Source: Moniliella sp. 'wahieum' (Eukaryota). From it: DNA of 64,000 bases. The position numbers and the translations under genes are program-made. The stretch spans positions 62,001 through 126,000 of the forward strand of contig RSEE01000099.1 in NCBI GenBank assembly GCA_003971905.1. The letters are read 5' to 3'. The notes beneath the pieces are model-generated. The model saw only the letters and a list, made by a program, of their open reading frames with translations. It was not told where the DNA came from and searched no databases. Below, piece by piece: positions 59,362-64,000 of this stretch. Position 1 is the stretch's first letter; the number at the start of each line of letters is the position of its first letter.

Positions 59362-60901
59362 GTGGAGATGCTTCTTTCTCTTGCTCGCGGCCGGGCTCAA
59401 GCTCTGCTCCCCCTCACGGGCGGAACAGGGTGCACACCCACTACTGGCCTCTCCGTCCTGCCCGCGAGCCAAGTCGAGGTGTTCAAAGCGATTCTCGGTC
59501 CGGAGCAAGGAAGTATCCGTGGCTCTTCTTTTCGCCTTTACCTTTACTTTGCCTTTACCTCTACCTCGCTACCATCGAACGAGGCGGGGTCAGATCCCAT
59601 CCTCTTTCCCACCTCCACCCTCGTAGCCAGTGAATGCGATGACCTTCTCCTACCCAAACCTACTTCCCCCCTGCACCACTGGCCCGCTCTTACGGTCGAA
59701 AGTGACGACGCGGGCCGTGCGGAGCATCATACTGCCCATCACGATAACGAGGAAGGTCAACCGCTCTTGACTCCGCTTTCCCATTCGCCTTCGCATACCG
59801 GACTTTTGTCCGACGCCACTCACCCCCCGCACCCGAATCCAGCTCCCGATGCTCCCTCCCCTCGTCCTCTTCCCGAGCCGATCGAGCCGGATCCGAGTGG
59901 GGGGCGAGCATGAACATGAGCCCGCTCCGTGCGCCTTCGCCCGGAATCGGCGGCTCGCCCCGCGCTTCGGCCAAACGCCGTAAACGCTCAGACCGCCTAG
60001 GCTACCCACCTACCACCGACGAAGATGGTACGTCCCCAGTTGCCATTGTCCATCCGTAGCTCTTCGCTTCTTGATTCGCTCCCGTTCTAACGGAAACAAA
60101 ACGTTGTGGCCGCGGCGGGGGTGTTATGTGGTGGTTTGTACTTATGGGTGTGGGTGTGGTTGTTTGTGGCGGGGGGGGGGGGTGAACTGCCTATGTACAT
60201 AGCTCTTGCGTCGACCAGCTTTACCCCGCGCTCACGTCGTCGCACTGCGCCTTCTCACGACCAGGCTTAACCGGTACCCACAAAGGCAGGCAGCGGCGTG
60301 GCGGTGGCGGGGCGGTGCTGTCGTGTTCTACATAATGGAGAGAGGTGTGTGGATCGGCCCCACGCGACGGTCGCGCGATAGAGCCGGTTTTGGTTTACGG
60401 ACGCACTGCATGCACTGGGTGTGCTTTTGCTTCTTGTTCTGGCCTGCATTGGCCGCAGGGTTTGTTTGGTGGGACTTGGTTGGTTGGTTGGTTGCAGTGG
60501 TTTGAGTAGTGTGGCACTTGGTTTTTGTTGGTCCCTTTTCCTCTTCAGGTACATGCTACCTCTGTGTGGTCCCCAGGTATACACTACCTCTGCGTTTCTT
60601 CCCTAGGTATATAATACTACCTCTTTTGTGTTTCCTCTTCGATATCATGGCGCACTCCTATTATACGCATACTATAATAGACGACGGCGTGGGTTTTGCC
60701 ATGGGTTCTTCAGCACATCATTTGGGCGCTTCCAGCCACCTGGATTTATCCCTACCCTCCACGCTAGGAGCTGGACGCTTGGCTGGGTGGGGGGGCGATG
60801 CTATGGCCGCCCGTGGACTGTCGCCTGAAGTTGTGAAGCGTCAGGTGAAGGAAGAAGGCAGAAGGCGGCGACACGAGAGATGGAACATTTCAATTGCGTA
60901 G
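59362..60901 (+). CDS. Possible fragmented membrane-protein gene
   Basis: Pro/His-rich ORF followed by hydrophobic fragments (VVFYIMERGVWIGPTRRSR, LLLLVLACIGR, YIILPLLCFLFDI); gene structure not resolved. Confidence 0.25.
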
Positions 60902-61008
60902 CTGGCCTGTTGCTCCCAGATTGCTCGATGCCATTTGCCATTCCATTTGCCATTTGCCTTTGCCCCCTCCATCCCTGCCATCCGCCACCGTCGCCCCGCA
61001 CGTCCACC

Positions 61009-62175
61009 ATGGCCTGGGTATCGCGCGGCGCACCCCAAATCACACTCTTGTGCGTTGCGTCCATTGCCACCTGGCTGGTCTTGCGCTCGCCGCGGGGGGC
61101 TGCGAAGAACGTGTGCACCGAGTACTGACTGGCTGGCTCCCTCCCCCATCCTCCTCCTCTCCTCCAGCTGTGACCCTTCGTCGGCAGCGGGCAAGTCCAT
61201 CCTGCGTCTCGTCCGTTCTGCTCGCCCTGCCAACATCACCTTCACCCCGGGTGTCCCGCTGGGCATGCCGGCCTTGCCGGACGATCCGCCCACGCACGCG
61301 CCAAGCATGGTACGCCGGCCACGCACGTGCCCGCTGCCCTGCTCCGGACCCAACGCTGTCAGCGGAGGAGCAAGCGGCCCAAGCGGCCGAAGAAGAAGAG
61401 GCCCGTCTGGCCACGGCCCAGCGTGCTGCCCGACCCCTACCTACCATCGAAGGAGAAAGCCCCGCGTCGCTGCTCTCCCACTTGTCCTCCCAGGGCTCCG
61501 GTGGGTTCAACCTCGATGTGCAAGACCGACGTCGTGCCCCGCTCACCTCCACTCAACTCGCCACCATCTTATCCTACCTTCCGCAGGACGATCGTTCGCT
61601 CTCTCCTGACGCCGCTACCTCGTCTGCCTCGTCTGCCCCGCCTACGTCGCCCCCCGAGACCAAACCCGATGGTGCGCCCGCGGCAGAGGCCACCACGTAT
61701 GGCGGCGCCTCCGACGCGGCCGTCCAGCGAGCCAAAACCAAAGCGCGCATCGAAGCGGCGCTTCGGGCGTTCGAGGAACGCAACAACGCTGCCGAACGGA
61801 GAAAGCAGGAAAGTCTCCTGGGGTCCGACACACCTGTTGAGTCTCTCGTCCCGTCCGCGCCGGGGCCCACAGACCAGCAAGGCCAGCAAGGCCAACAAGA
61901 CTAGCAAGTCCAGCAAGACGAGTGAGGACAGTAGCAGTCCGCACCACGTCCTGTCGCAGGCCGCGGACGAAGTGGCTGCGTGCCTCGATGGGGCGGCCCC
62001 ACCGTCGCCCCGGTCGGGTCCGAGCCCAGCGTCGGTGGTCAAGTCGGGTGGGCCGGTGCTGGTGTGGTGGGACGAGGGCAAGGCGGCCACGACGCCAGGG
62101 GAGATGAGGGCGTTGCTGGATGCGGTGGTGCGGCAGCAGGAGCAGGCCAAGCCTTCGGCGTGTGTGGTTATGTGA
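61009..62175 (+). CDS. FMP46: Fmp46/DUF1687-like thioredoxin-fold protein with large inserts; intron 61050-61167
   Basis: Spliced PQITLFCDPSSAAGKSILRL, FNLDV...PLTSTQLATILSYL, GPVLVWWDEGKAAT. Confidence 0.6.
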
Positions 62176-62516
62176 TATGCCGTGCCCAGTGGGCGAGACG
62201 AATCGCGTGGGACGAGCAGGGAGGCAGCGGGGTGGCAGGGATGGAGCGAAGAGAGAGTGCGCCATAGAAGTTAGCGGCAACGGCTGCCAGTCACGACATG
62301 TGCACACCTACCTAGCAGGCGAGGTGTTCTGGGCGCTGTGAGATTGAGATGTGAGATGTTAGTTGCCGATGGCGGGGACTCAGTTTGTATAGGTCCCGCC
62401 ACGTCACACGTGAACTCACGTCGCCGGCCAAATTTTGACAGCGGCGGCTCAGACGATGGATCAGATCTCGGTGTGTACCCACAGCACGCCCACCCGCCTC
62501 CGCCCGCTCGGACCGC

Positions 62517-62566
62517 CCCTCCGCCTCCTCCGCCTCCTCCGCCTCCTCCGCCTCCTCCGCCTCCTC
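62517..62566. repeat. (CCGCCTCCT)n 9-bp tandem repeat upstream of MID1
   Basis: About 5 units. Confidence 0.85.
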
Positions 62567-62643
62567 CCCTCCTGGCGCGCTCCCTGGGCATCGCATCTGC
62601 GGGCATGCAACGCGCCGCGCAGACGCCACGCCGCCTCTTGGAC

Positions 62644-64000
62644 ATGCGCGCTGCTCGCGCTGCTCGCGCCTCGGCGCCCTCCCGCCGCCGCTGTCACCAA
62701 CCCGGCCGACGCCGCTGCCCGGCCCAGTCGGTCCTGGCCAACCCGGCGCTGTCGCCACCCGCCGTCGCGGCCCACCCCACCCCTGCATCGTCCGTGCGCT
62801 CCTCGAGCGCACTCATGAGCTCCAGCTCCAGCTTGAGCACGACCACGACCACGTCGCTGTACCAGCTGCCGCTCCAGTCGCCCATCCCGTCGATTGCGCC
62901 GTCGCCAGGCCAGAGCGTCGCGCTGAACGACTCGGTGCCTGTCCAGACTTCCATCCAGCTTGTCGGCGGACTGGACATGGACAGCGACTCGACGACCCAG
63001 AACAGTCTCGACACCGCCTTGTTCTTTGCCTTGGCTCCGCCAAGCTCAACAGGGCAGGTACCAGAGGCCTTCGTCACCCTCTCAGCCTGCTCGGGCCCCG
63101 AGATTTATCTCGACGATCCCGATGACGGCAATGTCGCCGACACCTTTCTCGCCTCGTCGTCAGCACCGACCCAGTTCGCCCATGCCCTCCCCGGGACAGA
63201 GCAAGTCCACCACCACCACCGCCTTGAATGGGTTTGCCTTCCACCGTTTGTCCGCCGGCTCGGCGTCGGCGGGGTGTACATTGGTGTCTACCCGCCCAAG
63301 AACACGATGGGCCAAACGGGCGAGAGACAGTTGAAGTGACCGCGTCCTATGTGCGCTCGCCTATGACGTTTGTTTTATGGCATGTAACCCCCGTCACGCC
63401 AATGGAAAGCGTACACGCTCGAGCTCGACGATACGGATATGGTCACTGCCATGCTCTCTGCCGCGCCGCGGCAGCACATGATCGGTACGGCGCCTAGCGC
63501 TGGCATCATGCTCAGTCGCACCTCTGATGCACCGAGCAAGTACTTTAACTCGTCCGCCTGTCCATCCGTACCGCCTTCTCGACTTTTACGACGCGCTGCC
63601 CGATGCCGGCAAAAACATTGTGACCAAGACACCAGTTGCGCAGCATCCCTACCGGCTACGGTCCCCAACGAACGCAATTCACCATCCAGCCCTTGGAGCC
63701 TGATACCAACTACACTGCCTGGCTCACCACCGACCCGGATTGGCCACCGCAACAGGCCAACCTGCAGTACGGACCGGCGATCAAGTTCAAGACCAAAAAC
63801 AACCCCAACTGCCAGCTGGTCAGTGGGCTGGATTTTGCCCCGACGTGGCGTACGCCACGGCAGTCGGACCGCAGTTTGACCTCGGCATGGCCTTGGGCCA
63901 CATTGAGCAACCGTGACGGTGTGCTAGCCAACTTCTCCAAAGCGGTATCGACGTTTTCCTGTGGACGGACCAAGGTCGGTACTCGTACATTGCCACTTGT
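62644..64000 (+). CDS. MID1: Mid1 calcium-channel subunit, 5' part (runs off the window; start approximate)
   Basis: FVTLSACSGP, VYIGV, LDDTD..TAML, LEPDTNYTAWL, FKTKNNPNCQLVSGLDF(C)PDVAYA, NFSKAVSTFSC. Confidence 0.85.

Overview
GC-rich eukaryotic DNA, almost certainly a basidiomycete fungus. GT-AG introns carry CTRAC/TACTAAC branch points, and the gene set and intergenic TCACGTGA/TGAC-rich motif clusters suggest Ustilaginomycotina (inference). Nearly every conserved gene is broken by 1-bp deletions, most simply an unpolished long-read assembly, so CDS limits are approximate. The first 10 kb are accessory and hold two young, non-autonomous Ty1/copia-type LTR elements. (1) A 5.15-kb tandem LTR-int-LTR-int-LTR element (877-6026, TSD ATCCC, half-tRNA-iMet PBS) has a shrunken pol with a degenerate integrase and only traces of RT/RNase H. 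(2) A 1.5-kb TRIM-like element (8288-9822, apparently identical 374-bp LTRs, TSD CAAGC) sits in codon 8 of an arrestin-like gene, and its PBS looks like the complement of a tRNA-Tyr(GUA) anticodon arm. The rest is housekeeping: tRNA-Gln(CTG) with intron, NSA2, an F-box-like gene, DOA1, a membrane protein, class IV chitin synthase, class-3 lipase, MTC1-like, Gfo/Idh/MocA oxidoreductase, GCN20, Asterix-like, ARP2, a secreted Cys-rich GPI-like protein, ITC1-like, FMP46-like and the 5' part of MID1. All assignments come from motif recognition by eye; no database searches were run.
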